Assembly (NCBI GenBank): GCA_965219995.1
Contig: CBDCOX010000002.1
Coordinates: 1,504,001 to 1,568,000 of the forward strand
Source: Candidatus Latescibacterota bacterium
GTDB lineage: Bacteria; Latescibacterota; UBA2968; GCA-2709665
Direction: 5' to 3'
DNA length: 64,000 nt
Positions 1 through 9,384 of this stretch are shown here, piece by piece. A program made the position numbers and the translations under genes. Each line of letters starts with the position of its first letter. The first letter of the stretch is position 1. The notes beneath the pieces were generated by a model. It saw only the letters and a list, made by a program, of their open reading frames with translations. It was not told the origin of the DNA and did no database searches.

Positions 1-134
1 CACCGGCTGTCGGACGCTTCGCCGAGGCCCACGGGACCGTCGTCCACGTACACCTTGATCAGCACGTGACCGGAGACGTGCCCGTAGAAGCGAGGCGTCT
101 CGATCTGGATGACCTCGATACTTTCGATGATCAC
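1..134 (-). CDS. Mandelate racemase/muconate lactonizing (enolase superfamily) enzyme, N-terminus; runs off window edge
   Basis: Manual translation from GTG at 134: MIIESIEVIQIETPRFYGHVSGHVLIKVYVDDGPVGLGEAS (typical N-terminal ..G.GE motif); GGGAG RBS upstream. Confidence 0.75.
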   Translation of the reverse strand, partial: MIIESIEVIQIETPRFYGHVSGHVLIKVYVDDGPVGLGEASDSR

Positions 135-183
135 GACTTTCTCCCGACTTCGTGGATGACACCCCGATTCAAGTAATGACAGT

Positions 184-368
184 TCACATGGATGAACAGG
201 ATAAACAGGATAAAACCCACAGGCCGGGAAGTTCCCGGTTACGGGATAAAGCGACGAGTCCGGCAACTCCGGACGCAACATCAACCAAAGAAGCGATCTG
301 GCACAATCAAGATTGTCATCTATTTCTGCGCTAACATGATTGAAAAACAACCTATAGAACAAAAAACA
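184..368 (+). repeat. Family B element copy 1 (ACAGGAT-repeat end plus IHF-like end), diverged
   Basis: ACATGGATGAACAGGATAAACAGGATAAAA ... ATTGAAAAACAACC; same two ends as the copies at 5.5, 43.8, 44.6 and 54.9 kb. Confidence 0.7.
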
Positions 369-749
369 CTGCCTTGCGTGAATAACTCGTTGAATTGCAC
401 AAAGCGGAAATTCACTTTGGATAGACAGGAAAAAAAAGCGGAAGCAGGAACCTGTCAAATCGGATACGAAGGGCTTCGCGACCCCCGACGTGCCGTCAGC
501 AACGGACCGCACCACGACAAGTTAGAATTCTTACGTCGAATCGCCAAGAGAGAAAGTCATCCGCCTTCTGAACCGGAAGGATTCGTCGGGAACGAGAAAT
601 TCCAACCGGTCGCACAGGAAGGAGCCGGTAGTCGCGTTGCCAGTCTTCCCACGTCGACGTGTCGTTTACGTATGTGAACACTGCGATGCTTTCGTACAGC
701 AACAATGGTGGCCGGTGTCAATATACTGCGGCTAAATGGGAGAAGATAG

Positions 750-1480
750 ATGTAAGAGGGTAAATGTAAGACGGGAGACGGGAGATGACCGTCCCGCGAT
801 CGAAGATCAGCGATCAGCTATTGGCGTACTGCGTCCGGCATGAATCAAAGTCGAACATCAAATTCAAAATCCCCTTTTCCCCAAATTCCGTGAAGAACGG
901 GTAGACGTAAGACGGGAGACGTGAGATGACATGAGTGCCCTACGGTTTTTCTCGTCGTTACCATAGTCGGTAAAGAAACAGGCACGGTTAGCGTGAAAAC
1001 ACTGTGGTAACGTTATCATCTACTGTCTCACCTCTACCCTCTTACCGCATTTGGCTGGGCGCGGGGCCTGCCATATGCATAGCGCGAACACCCTTACAGG
1101 ATGCACAAAATCCTCTGCCCTGACACCCCAGGCAGCACATCGATCTGCGCTGCTGGACGGATCAGCGCGCTCTGCTCAGGAAGTCCTCTCGAAACGCTAT
1201 TCTTACGTGTCTGCATTACACTCTTGTGAGCGAGGAGTAAACAGCTATCAGCGATAGGCTTTCGGCTAAAACCGACATCACTTCATGTGAGCGCTATGAA
1301 ACAGCACGACCGAAAGGAACGCAGACCTCTCCCCCCAAGCCCCACACACCTGAGTTAGATAGTAGACGTGAGATGTGAAAGATTGTTTGCCCGGTTCGGT
1401 TTCATTTCTCGACGGAGACATAAAGGAAAAACCAATCGGACAAGGATTTCTTCTACCGTCTTCCGTCTCACGTCTCACCG
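750..1480. repeat. Family D heptamer (GAGACGN-like) tandem tracts: forward at ~765-790, 901-930 and 1361-1380, inverted at ~1452-1480
   Basis: gtaagacgggagacgggagatgac; gtagacgtaagacgggagacgtgagatgac; inverted cgtctcacgtctcacc. Confidence 0.75.
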
Positions 1481-1539
1481 CCTTCAGGCGTCCATCAAGC
1501 GATGGCAGTTCCCAGACGATTCAGCATATTCCGATTGAG

Positions 1540-1743
1540 ATCCGACTCGATTTGCGGACCGTCGGTAGCACAACGCGGAGGCAAGCTACGGCGGCGCAAG
1601 TCAGAGCATCGATTAGAAAGCCGGTTGCGGACGGCGGCGATGCCACGTGGGAAAGGGTAACGGCTGCAGAATACGCCGAATCGTTCCCGGAGCCGGACCT
1701 CGTCAACCGGGAGGCCTTGAGATTGGTTAGGGAAGCTATTTGA
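1540..1743 (+). pseudogene. Possible 3' remnant of an unknown gene
   Basis: Protein-like C-terminus (..WERVTAAEYAESFPEPDLVNREALRLVREAI*); the ORF 5' part is made of repeat sequence. Confidence 0.35.
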
Positions 1744-1934
1744 GTGGGATGTTGTCTCGATACAGCTATTTTTCTACACAGTCGGATGGACGATCTAATT
1801 CCAGCTTTCACGTGAGAACTCGAACTCCGGATGCGACTGGTTGGATGCCAAACCGGGTACCTGCCATTTAAATTTCTGCTTCGTCGTCATTGACGATATA
1901 AGATTGAAATTTAACACGTTACAAAAAACATCAC

Positions 1935-1963
1935 TTGATTCCAGGCGGAAATCCTGATATATT
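1935..1963 (+). promoter_or_regulatory. Sigma70-like promoter of vapBC
   Basis: TTGATT-17 bp-TATATT with TG extension, 100 bp upstream of the antitoxin. Confidence 0.6.
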
Positions 1964-2062
1964 TTCTTTCAAGGACGTGAGACATAATATCGGCGTCTTA
2001 TCTCACGATCGGAAAGTGAGTTCCAGTTCTCGATACAATTGAAGAAAGGGGTGCAGGACGCG

Positions 2063-2299
2063 ATGAAGCAGACTATGGATGCTGTATATGAAAATGGAGT
2101 CTTCAGGCCATTAAATGCACCCGAACTGTCTGAGGGCCAATTCGTTCGCATTGAAATCGAAACTCCTTTAAAGGAAAGTTCCGATGATCTTCTTGAATTA
2201 GCCGCAAGAGTCTATGAAGGACTTTCCAAAAACGTTATTGACGCCGTAGAGAAGATTGCAAACGACCGACGCGGCTTTTTCGAAAACAGGAACCAATGA
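2063..2299 (+). CDS. AF2212/DUF104-like antitoxin
   Basis: MKQTMDAVYENGVFRPL signature; overlaps the PIN gene by ATGA. Confidence 0.85.
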   Translation: MKQTMDAVYENGVFRPLNAPELSEGQFVRIEIETPLKESSDDLLELAARVYEGLSKNVIDAVEKIANDRRGFFENRNQ

Positions 2300-2709
2300 T
2301 GGCACTGGCCAGGGTGGCGTTGGATACGAACATCCTCAGCGCCATTATGCGCCGAAAATCCTCAGTAATTCCAACGGCCGGGGCTTATCTCAGAGAGCAC
2401 CATCAGTTCCATATTTCCATTATAACACGATATGAGATTCTGCGTGGCCTTATGGCAAACGATGCGGTTCGACAGATTGTGTCGTTTGAGGATTTCTGTT
2501 CGCGAAATATCGTCCTTCCCTTAAATGAGGAAACCATATCTAAGGCCGCCGAAATTTACGCGGATTTGCACAAACGGGGCGAGCTGATCGGAGATGCAGA
2601 CATTTTAATTGCAGCTTCCGCAGTGGTTCACGGGCTTGGGGTCGTGACCAACAATGAGAGGCATTTTCGTCGGATTTCGGATCTCCATGTTGAGAATTGG
2701 TTAAAATAG
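2296..2709 (+). CDS. vapC: VapC PIN-domain toxin
   Basis: LDTNI, E, DADILIAASA and VTNNERHF PIN motifs. Confidence 0.93.
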   Translation: MMALARVALDTNILSAIMRRKSSVIPTAGAYLREHHQFHISIITRYEILRGLMANDAVRQIVSFEDFCSRNIVLPLNEETISKAAEIYADLHKRGELIGDADILIAASAVVHGLGVVTNNERHFRRISDLHVENWLK

Positions 2710-2748
2710 ACTACGCAGCAGACACATCAAGAAACGACGAACGATTTC

Positions 2749-2774
2749 GCGGCCTGGGTTGGGCCGTTTTTTTT
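2749..2774 (+). terminator. Intrinsic terminator after vapBC
   Basis: CGGCC-TGGGTTG-GGCCG followed by T8. Confidence 0.7.
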
Positions 2775-2951
2775 GTGCCTGTACTTGCAGAGTTCACAGG
2801 ATTGCGATCCCACCGACGCGATTGGTTTTGGGTTGATTCAGGCAATCTTGCAAAAAGCTCCAATATGGATGGATTCAGCGTCCCGGGAAAGGAATCATGT
2901 ATCCTCGGCCAATGGTGCCCGAAGCGGAACGAGGACGAGGGTATTACGCGA

Positions 2952-3287
2952 CTATTGGTGCGCGTCGGTAAGGATTCGCTCGATGGAATCGACGAGCCGT
3001 TGTTTGGGCACGGCGCCGACGAGGCGGTCCATTTCATGTCCATTCTTGAAGAGCAGGAGTGTGGGCAGGCTTTGGATGCCGTATCGGACCGCCGATGAAT
3101 GAGAGGAATCGAAATCCATCTTACCGACTTTCAGACGCCCGGCGTATTCGGCGGCCAGATCCTTCACAATCGGATCAATCAGCCGGCAGGGTCCGCACCA
3201 GTTTGCGCCTACGTCGACGAGGACCGGACGGTCTGAGGAAATCACCTCCGTTTCAAAGGTCGCGTCGGTGAACGTAGCGGGCGTCAT
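2952..3287 (-). CDS. trxA: Thioredoxin
   Basis: WCGPC and SLPTLLLFKNG; start MTPATFTDATF after GAGGA RBS. Confidence 0.92.
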   Translation of the reverse strand: MTPATFTDATFETEVISSDRPVLVDVGANWCGPCRLIDPIVKDLAAEYAGRLKVGKMDFDSSHSSAVRYGIQSLPTLLLFKNGHEMDRLVGAVPKQRLVDSIERILTDAHQ

Positions 3288-3291
3288 AAGT

Positions 3292-3543
3292 TCATCCTCC
3301 TCTCTCTGGCAGATTGCGTGGCAGGTTGAGCCGCGAATACCCCGGAAAAAAGAAATCAGGCCGGATGGACTGAATCCTTCCAAGGTCACACATGAGACCG
3401 ATGTGTTCCGCATTGGGCGAAATCCTGCCGGTCTCCCACCGGGCAACTGTGGACTGGGGAACGTCCAGGATTTCTCCCAGTTTCTGCTGGGTGATCCCCA
3501 CCGTTTTTCGAAACTCCCTGATCCGCGACCGGTCGAACGGCAT
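3292..3543 (-). CDS. XRE-family HTH regulator
   Basis: IREFRKTVGITQQKLGEILDVPQSTVARWETG; ends 4 bp upstream of trxA. Confidence 0.88.
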   Translation of the reverse strand: MPFDRSRIREFRKTVGITQQKLGEILDVPQSTVARWETGRISPNAEHIGLMCDLGRIQSIRPDFFFPGYSRLNLPRNLPERGG

Positions 3544-3571
3544 CAAAATCTCCAGTGAATATATCATCTTT

Positions 3572-3606
3572 GCTATAAAAATAGCCAAATATAGATCGAC
3601 TGTCAA
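3572..3606 (-). promoter_or_regulatory. Promoter with overlapping palindromic operator for the HTH-trxA pair
   Basis: TTGACA (3606-3601)-17 bp-TATTTT; inverted repeat GCTAT-N4-ATAGC (3572-3585) covers the -10. Confidence 0.65.
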
Positions 3607-3752
3607 GGGTGAAATCGTCCATACGATTTCGTCCGGTCAAGAGTCAGAAATTACGCAGTGGGAAGCGCAGGCGGGAGCTAACCGGTGTCGCGACGATGAC
3701 GCGTCTGCATGCGGGCGCGTCCCCGGATTCGCCCGGATCTTAGGCGCGGATT

Positions 3753-4778
3753 TCAGGAGGAGTTTGCGACCGCTGATCTCAGGGCGTCATAGCACGCGTT
3801 CCAGCGGTCCAACTCGTCCCGGACCGTTTCTTCGTCACCCATTGAAGTCCAGCAGGTGACCCCGTGAATGAACATCAGCATCCGTTCGATTGCCAGGGCC
3901 GCCGTTTCCTCCTCCCGCCAGGCAGGTTTGCAGACCTCCCGGTACGATTCGAGGAATGCGGCTTCCACGTTCTCGTCCACAACTCGATATCGCGTTGATT
4001 CGCCCCAGGGCGAATCAGAATGCGGAGCCAGGTAGTACATCGATACACAAACTTCGAACACCCGCCGACCTATTGACGCGTGGCTGCAGTCAATAAACCA
4101 GAGGTTACTCTCGTGATCGATGATCATATTCTGGGGACTGGTGTCCAGGTGCAGACCGGTTTCGACCAGGCGCGGTCGAAGCCTGTCGATCGCTTCGACG
4201 CAGCGCTCTGTATCCTTTACGTACGTGATAAACTGATCGTGAAATGCACTTCCTCCGGTTGAATCCCGCATCTTCCGGACGTTCGCCTGCAACCTGTTGA
4301 CAGCAAGATGATTCATGGTGAGACGTTCTTCGCCCGGCAGGTCCCGATATCCGACGCCTGCACTGTGAAGACGGGCAATTTCAGCCCCCGCCAGACGAAC
4401 GTCCGATCCAATCCCCTTCTTCGGCGACCTTCCCTCAACGAATGGAAAGACCTCGACAATCATCCCCTGCTCTTTCGTCAAAAAGGTCTTCCCGTCAAGT
4501 GACTGCAACGGAAGGACGGTTCGTACGCCGAGATTACTCAGGTGCATCTGGAATCGATGTACCTGTGAAAGACGACGAGCCAATGACGATGAACCCTCTG
4601 AGTTTCGCCCTGGATCGGATACCCGCAGGACGTAGGGTTTTCCGGTATTCCGGCACGCGATCCTGACAACATGGGCAATCTTGCCGCTCATGTCGCGATA
4701 TTGCCCATCCCAGACAATACCATAATTCCAATAGAGCCACTCGGGATCCGGAAGCGCGTCGCTCGGGCTCAACGCCAT
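3753..4778 (-). CDS. APH/homoserine kinase type II-like phosphotransferase
   Basis: IARLH, HLDTSPQN and FIDC kinase motifs. Confidence 0.85.
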   Translation of the reverse strand: MALSPSDALPDPEWLYWNYGIVWDGQYRDMSGKIAHVVRIACRNTGKPYVLRVSDPGRNSEGSSSLARRLSQVHRFQMHLSNLGVRTVLPLQSLDGKTFLTKEQGMIVEVFPFVEGRSPKKGIGSDVRLAGAEIARLHSAGVGYRDLPGEERLTMNHLAVNRLQANVRKMRDSTGGSAFHDQFITYVKDTERCVEAIDRLRPRLVETGLHLDTSPQNMIIDHESNLWFIDCSHASIGRRVFEVCVSMYYLAPHSDSPWGESTRYRVVDENVEAAFLESYREVCKPAWREEETAALAIERMLMFIHGVTCWTSMGDEETVRDELDRWNACYDALRSAVANSS

Positions 4779-4903
4779 ATCACCTTGTCCTCACGCCAGG
4801 GAGAACCGCAGAAGCCTCCAGTTCAACACCGACGGTCATGATGGCGAATCCATTCATCGTCGACTCCGATCAGCAGCAGGGTTCAACGGTGGCCGCCCGC
4901 GAA

Positions 4904-5497
4904 TCAGGCGCCCGACGCCGCCTCTCTCCGGACTCGACGCGCGTTGAAATACAGGGCGGCGTGCCCACGCGCGTCGTCGACCGGCTTATGGGTGTGCGCC
5001 AGGCCGCCCCGTACTTCCGCGGGGTATTCCGGGCGGTCCCCCAGGTATTCCAGGTTCAATGCCGCCTGAACGTAGGACGGCACGTCCACGCCGGCTCCCA
5101 CAAAGGGACAGCGGATTCGGAACGGTCCCCGGAAAACGGAGGCGTTGCAGAATCTCCGCAAATACCAGTCGAGCCAGATGCCGTCGAACATCAATGGATG
5201 GGCGGCCAGCGCCAATTCGGGCCCGAGGCTTTCAAGCCAGGACAGGCAACGTTCCATCCCCGCGGCGGGCGGTACGGTGTTGTGCCGAATGTGCGCCCAC
5301 GCCTCCGGCTGGGTCCGCCACCAGGCCATCACATTCTCTGCGCCGCGAGCGCCCTCCAACGCATCGAGGTTGATTTCGAACACGTCCAATTCGCACCCAT
5401 CTTCGTCGAATGCCGCAAATCCGAGGCTGAGCATCGAATTTACGCCCGGCGTCGGCCCGTCAACCTCAATATCCAGAAAACAATAGATCAAGCCCAT
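4904..5497 (-). CDS. DEDDh 3'-5' exonuclease/exoribonuclease
   Basis: LDIEVDG, FD and THKPVDDA motifs. Confidence 0.85.
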   Translation of the reverse strand: MGLIYCFLDIEVDGPTPGVNSMLSLGFAAFDEDGCELDVFEINLDALEGARGAENVMAWWRTQPEAWAHIRHNTVPPAAGMERCLSWLESLGPELALAAHPLMFDGIWLDWYLRRFCNASVFRGPFRIRCPFVGAGVDVPSYVQAALNLEYLGDRPEYPAEVRGGLAHTHKPVDDARGHAALYFNARRVRREAASGA

Positions 5498-5535
5498 ACG
5501 GGTCTCTTTCAGGTGAATTGTTCACGACAACCCAA

Positions 5536-5739
5536 GGTTTTGATGTATAACGGGTTGTTTTTCAATAAATCCAGCGGAGTATTATGCGACGGCATTTCAT
5601 GAATTGCGAAATTGATTGGTCAGGGTGATGTTTCGTAGCCCACCGAGGTAAGGATCCATCGGTTTGGCCCGGAATCGTGAGCATTTGTCCTGCTCCTGGT
5701 CTTTATCCTGTTCATCCTGTCCATCCATGTTAGTTCATG
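5536..5739 (-). repeat. Family B element copy 2
   Basis: Closely similar along its length to 54900-55103. Confidence 0.9.
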
Positions 5740-5831
5740 CTTAGTAAGTTATCCAGGTTTCAGACATTGGATTACGAATTACGTCTGGCGAACGTCCGGC
5801 GCCTCTGATGTCATTCGAAGCGTCGGCGAAT

Positions 5832-5952
5832 GCACTTCGGCAAGCTCAGCACAAGCAACGCAGGCAGGGAAAGCAGCGCAGACAATATAAACAACGTAGC
5901 GAGAGGGGATGAATCGTCGGAAGAATGGTGGGGTATTTCCGGGACAGGACAC
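5832..5952 (+). mobile_element. Partial family A MITE (one TIR) with an adjacent micro-element
   Basis: GGGATGAATC..AAGAATGGTG.GGTATTTCCGGGACAGGACAC matches the end of the 25565-25726 copy; GCACTTCGGCAAGCTCAGCACAAGC at 5832. Confidence 0.8.
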
Positions 5953-5956
5953 CAGG

Positions 5957-7117
5957 TCAGGTGAGCCCGATGCTCCGGATTCGGGCACGATAGTGACGCT
6001 CAAATGCCGTTCGCAACCGGGAGAATCCCCACGGCTTTCCCCGTCTCTTCATTGAATCGACGACGACCGAGCCGAAGCCGAAGGCCAAATAGTGGCGAAG
6101 GTCTGAAACATCCGCCTGGAAGAACCCGGCGTCCCTCAGACGCGAAAACAGTCGATGCGCCGGCCAGACCGGATTGTGAAGCAGTACGCCGACCAGTATC
6201 TCTCTGCTTCCGAGGAACGCCTGTTCGAAATCGATGAATTTGTGGACCACGCCATCCCGCAGGAACAGGTTCCGCTGATTCCAATCCAGTTTGATCAGCA
6301 CCTCGTCCGAAAGCTCGACATTCGCGACATTCTCGCCGAGCACCTTGAAAATCGGAGCGCATTCGTCGCCGTTTGATGCCAGCCGGCAGAGACTGTCGTG
6401 TAGCGAGTCAAGATTATCATCCGCCCCCCTGCCCTGGAAATACCGGATTTTCAGGTCCGTACAGGGCACTGGCACGTTGAATAACTCTACGATCGCGTCT
6501 ACGTAACGATCGGTCAGCACGTTCAGATCGACGGTCGTCAGGTCCACGTCGCGCATCAGATCGCCGGTCACCCGCTCGATGACGATGGAGGCGTCTTGAC
6601 TCGAATCCAACAGGGTCGGAATCAAGGGCGACCCGCCGTAGTGCCGGTAGAATCCGACTTCACGCCTGAACCTGCCTGCCGGATCGTCGTTCTGATTGTA
6701 GGTCTTCCTGATCGAACCGCGAGGCAGATAGTCAATCCGGCTCTTGCGGCCGAAAGGGCGCAGGCCTTCTCGCAACACGGTTGACCTGAAAAACCGTTCC
6801 TGGAATTCCGTCGTCGCGATGATTTGCGCGTCGGAGAATTCTGTGCCTTCAGGCACAACGACGAGCTTGTCATCGTTGTCGTCTGCTCTTTGAATGACGG
6901 CGATGCACCTTCCGCTGAAGGACTCGATCGGTCTATGGACGCCAAGGACGTAGGCATCGAGGTTGTCGCCGTCAGCCGCCGGCACGTCGTCCAGAAATCC
7001 GTAGTTGACCGGATAAACGAACCCCGTGTCAGGATGTCGGGAGCCGAGAGGCCGATCTATCGAGACCCGGACCGTCTTTCCGATAAACGTCCTCGCATCC
7101 ACGAATTCGGCTTTCAT
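5957..7117 (-). CDS. Inorganic pyrophosphatase domain fused to an APH/kinase-like domain
   Basis: N-terminal YPVNYGF, DGDNLD and DDKLV; C-terminal LDWNQRN and FIDFE. Confidence 0.8.
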   Translation of the reverse strand: MKAEFVDARTFIGKTVRVSIDRPLGSRHPDTGFVYPVNYGFLDDVPAADGDNLDAYVLGVHRPIESFSGRCIAVIQRADDNDDKLVVVPEGTEFSDAQIIATTEFQERFFRSTVLREGLRPFGRKSRIDYLPRGSIRKTYNQNDDPAGRFRREVGFYRHYGGSPLIPTLLDSSQDASIVIERVTGDLMRDVDLTTVDLNVLTDRYVDAIVELFNVPVPCTDLKIRYFQGRGADDNLDSLHDSLCRLASNGDECAPIFKVLGENVANVELSDEVLIKLDWNQRNLFLRDGVVHKFIDFEQAFLGSREILVGVLLHNPVWPAHRLFSRLRDAGFFQADVSDLRHYLAFGFGSVVVDSMKRRGKPWGFSRLRTAFERHYRARIRSIGLT

Positions 7118-7557
7118 GTTTGACCGGTCTCAAATTGAACGCGCGTATCATCTTCACCGACGATCGTGAACCCCAGCCTGCGGTAGAATGCGATACCACG
7201 GGTGTTGATCTTTAGTACCTGAAGGGTCACGGTCTTTTTCTGCGCACGGGCATCCGCGACAATGCGGTTCATGCAGGCTGTCCCAAACCCTTTGCCCTGG
7301 TACTCGGGGAGGATAAAGATCTGATGGACCCTGACCGAATCGGTTGTGGAGGACGTGGAAAAGTAACCGATGTCATTTGCTTGAAACCCGATAATTCGGA
7401 CATCCTGTGAAGCAAATCGCGCATCGTGCATTTTCCGCTGGCGGATATGGTCCCAACCCCAGACCTGGTCGACGTACTCCCTGAACGCCGCCTCTTTCAC
7501 GGCTAAGACGAAGTCGCTGTCCCCCTCGCACGCATGGCGAATGCTCAATCCATCCAT
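7114..7557 (-). CDS. GNAT acetyltransferase
   Basis: ILPEYQGKGFG and N..GIAFYRRLGF; the longer ORF start lies inside a repeat. Confidence 0.9.
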   Translation of the reverse strand: MDGLSIRHACEGDSDFVLAVKEAAFREYVDQVWGWDHIRQRKMHDARFASQDVRIIGFQANDIGYFSTSSTTDSVRVHQIFILPEYQGKGFGTACMNRIVADARAQKKTVTLQVLKINTRGIAFYRRLGFTIVGEDDTRVQFETGQT

Positions 7558-7569
7558 AACAGCGTCGAA

Positions 7570-7737
7570 ATCCCCCACCGCATCAGCCATCCCCGACCCT
7601 TCGACACGCTTCGACAAGCACAGGGACCGAACTCAGGGATCGGCTCGGCTTCTGCGACTCCCCCTCAAGGGGGGAGTGATCGGCCTGTCAATCGGGCACG
7701 CGCAATCACTTCCACCTATTTGGTTGCGGTTGAACTA
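7570..7737 (+). repeat. Family E composite palindromic element copy 1, with doubly nested micro-element
   Basis: CCCCCACCGCATCAGCC..GGCTCGGCTTCTGCGACTCCCCCTCAAGGGGGGAGTGAT..CTATTTGGTTGCGG shared with 63728-63920. Confidence 0.88.
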
Positions 7738-8306
7738 CGCGAATCAACGATAGGACGTATCTCGACGACGCGAAAATCGGGGCGGGACATGGCGACCCAG
7801 GAAGGCAGACCCAACCGTCTCCATAGCGCGAACGGTTCAAATTCGGAAATGCGGCTGACAAACAGGCTCAACACCGTGCCATGCGTAACGATTGCGATAT
7901 TCTTGTGTCGAAACCGGTCTGAGAGTCCATTCACGGCATTCGAAAACCTGTCGTGCGCTTGATCTGCGGTCTCGTCGCCGAAGACCGGGTCCTTTGGTCG
8001 GGAGAAAAACCGCTCGATTGACCGCTCGAATCGCTCACTTTTCAGGAAGCCGACGTTGGCGCGCTCATGTTCGTGCAATCCCTCGACGATTTCTATCGGG
8101 ACGTCCAGCGCGCCAGCCGCGATTTCAGCCGTCTCCAAGGCCTTGGGTTCGGTGCTGCTGGCAACGAGATCCAGATTGTATCGATCCAATCGGTCACCAA
8201 GTTTTCGCGCACGCCGGCGCCCTTCGCAGGAAAGCCGCCATTCCCTTGAAGGTACGGACGGATCGATCTGCGGCAGCGAATGTTTCACAAGAATGAGCGT
8301 TTGCAT
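7716..8306 (-). CDS. Histidine phosphatase family protein
   Basis: LVKHS, SSTEPKALETA, LHE and IVTHG. Confidence 0.85.
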   Translation of the reverse strand: MQTLILVKHSLPQIDPSVPSREWRLSCEGRRRARKLGDRLDRYNLDLVASSTEPKALETAEIAAGALDVPIEIVEGLHEHERANVGFLKSERFERSIERFFSRPKDPVFGDETADQAHDRFSNAVNGLSDRFRHKNIAIVTHGTVLSLFVSRISEFEPFALWRRLGLPSWVAMSRPDFRVVEIRPIVDSRSSTATK

Positions 8307-8350
8307 GAAGGCGCGATGGGATTGCCGAACACCTGTTGCGAGACCAAAAC

Positions 8351-8626
8351 CTACTTGAGGTTCAAAACCAGTTCCTTACCCAATGCCCTGGCGGCCTTTC
8401 TCAGCGTTGACAGCCGGATGTCTCCCGCGCGGTTTTCCAGGCGGGAAATCGCCGTTTTCTTTGTATGCATCAACCTGGCCAGCTGCTCCTGAGTCAGGCC
8501 GGCCTCCACCCGGGCCTGCCGAAGCAAGACACCGAATTCAAACTCCTTGTACCCTCCCTCAAAACCCTCTGCAAATTCAGGATCTGCCTTTTTTCGCCGC
8601 GCGATATACTCTTCGACATCACTCAT
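8351..8626 (-). CDS. HigA-like XRE antitoxin
   Basis: LRQARVEAGLTQEQLARLMHTKKTAISRLEN; start MSDVEEY. Confidence 0.88.
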   Translation of the reverse strand: MSDVEEYIARRKKADPEFAEGFEGGYKEFEFGVLLRQARVEAGLTQEQLARLMHTKKTAISRLENRAGDIRLSTLRKAARALGKELVLNLK

Positions 8627-8790
8627 GACTCCCGCTCCCGGTGACGATTCATATAATCCCTCATGTAACTCTCCGCTCTTTTGATTTCTCAAGTATCCAT
8701 TTTTGAAGCCTCCTTAGAGTGTCCATGAAAGAGAATGAGTCTGAACACCCCGAAAGGGCGCTAACAAAGATAACATATTCGTTAACTTCA
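8623..8790 (-). pseudogene. Decayed HigB/RelE (Gp49-like) toxin
   Basis: Manual frame LILFHGHSKEASKMDT*EIKRAESYMRDYMNRHRERES*; internal TGA at 8689-8691; ATGA overlap with the antitoxin. Confidence 0.75.
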
Positions 8791-8868
8791 GGCACCAAAA
8801 AAAACGCCGAATGAGATCCAGATAATTCCGGACATTCGGCGGGTTGCGGCGCCTGACGAATTCTTCGT

Positions 8869-9354
8869 TCATTCGCCCAGGTCAGAGGGTCCATCGGGCG
8901 GCTCGTTCCCGGATAGTTTCTCCAGTAGAGAATGAAGATCGCGCGGCGAAAACGTCTCTTCAGACCTGCCGATGTCGTCGATCGACCACCAGCGGAACTC
9001 GCGGAAGGCCGATGCCTCGCCGCGCGCGGGATTCGCGTCCATGGACGGTTCGAAGGGGTCAGTCTGAACCCGATAGAAGTACTCGTTCTGGCTATATTCG
9101 CGGTTGTCCCACGTGAATTCGCACCGCCTCGTCCATACCCGTTGTCCCACTGAGAATCTCGTGGCGCCCGTCTCCTCCGCAACCTCCCTGCGAAGTGCGT
9201 CCTCGTCAGACTCACCGGGCTCGAGACCTCCGCCTGGAGTCACCCAAAACTCATTTCCGGATATGGGCTCCTGCACCCTCAGCAGCAGGACATTACGGTC
9301 CGGCGTCATCATCACCGCTCGTACGACTCGTCTTCTGATCATGGGTGTGTCCAT
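8869..9354 (-). CDS. NUDIX hydrolase
   Basis: GGGLEPGESDEDALRREVAEETG. Confidence 0.93.
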   Translation of the reverse strand: MDTPMIRRRVVRAVMMTPDRNVLLLRVQEPISGNEFWVTPGGGLEPGESDEDALRREVAEETGATRFSVGQRVWTRRCEFTWDNREYSQNEYFYRVQTDPFEPSMDANPARGEASAFREFRWWSIDDIGRSEETFSPRDLHSLLEKLSGNEPPDGPSDLGE

Positions 9355-9384
9355 TCGATTATCCCCTCAACTCCCTACCCCGGG

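Noticed and set aside
8689-8691. In-frame TGA as selenocysteine or readthrough
   Set aside because: The position is not a Cys site, the surrounding frame is degenerate, and no SECIS-like hairpin is evident; a pseudogene is simpler
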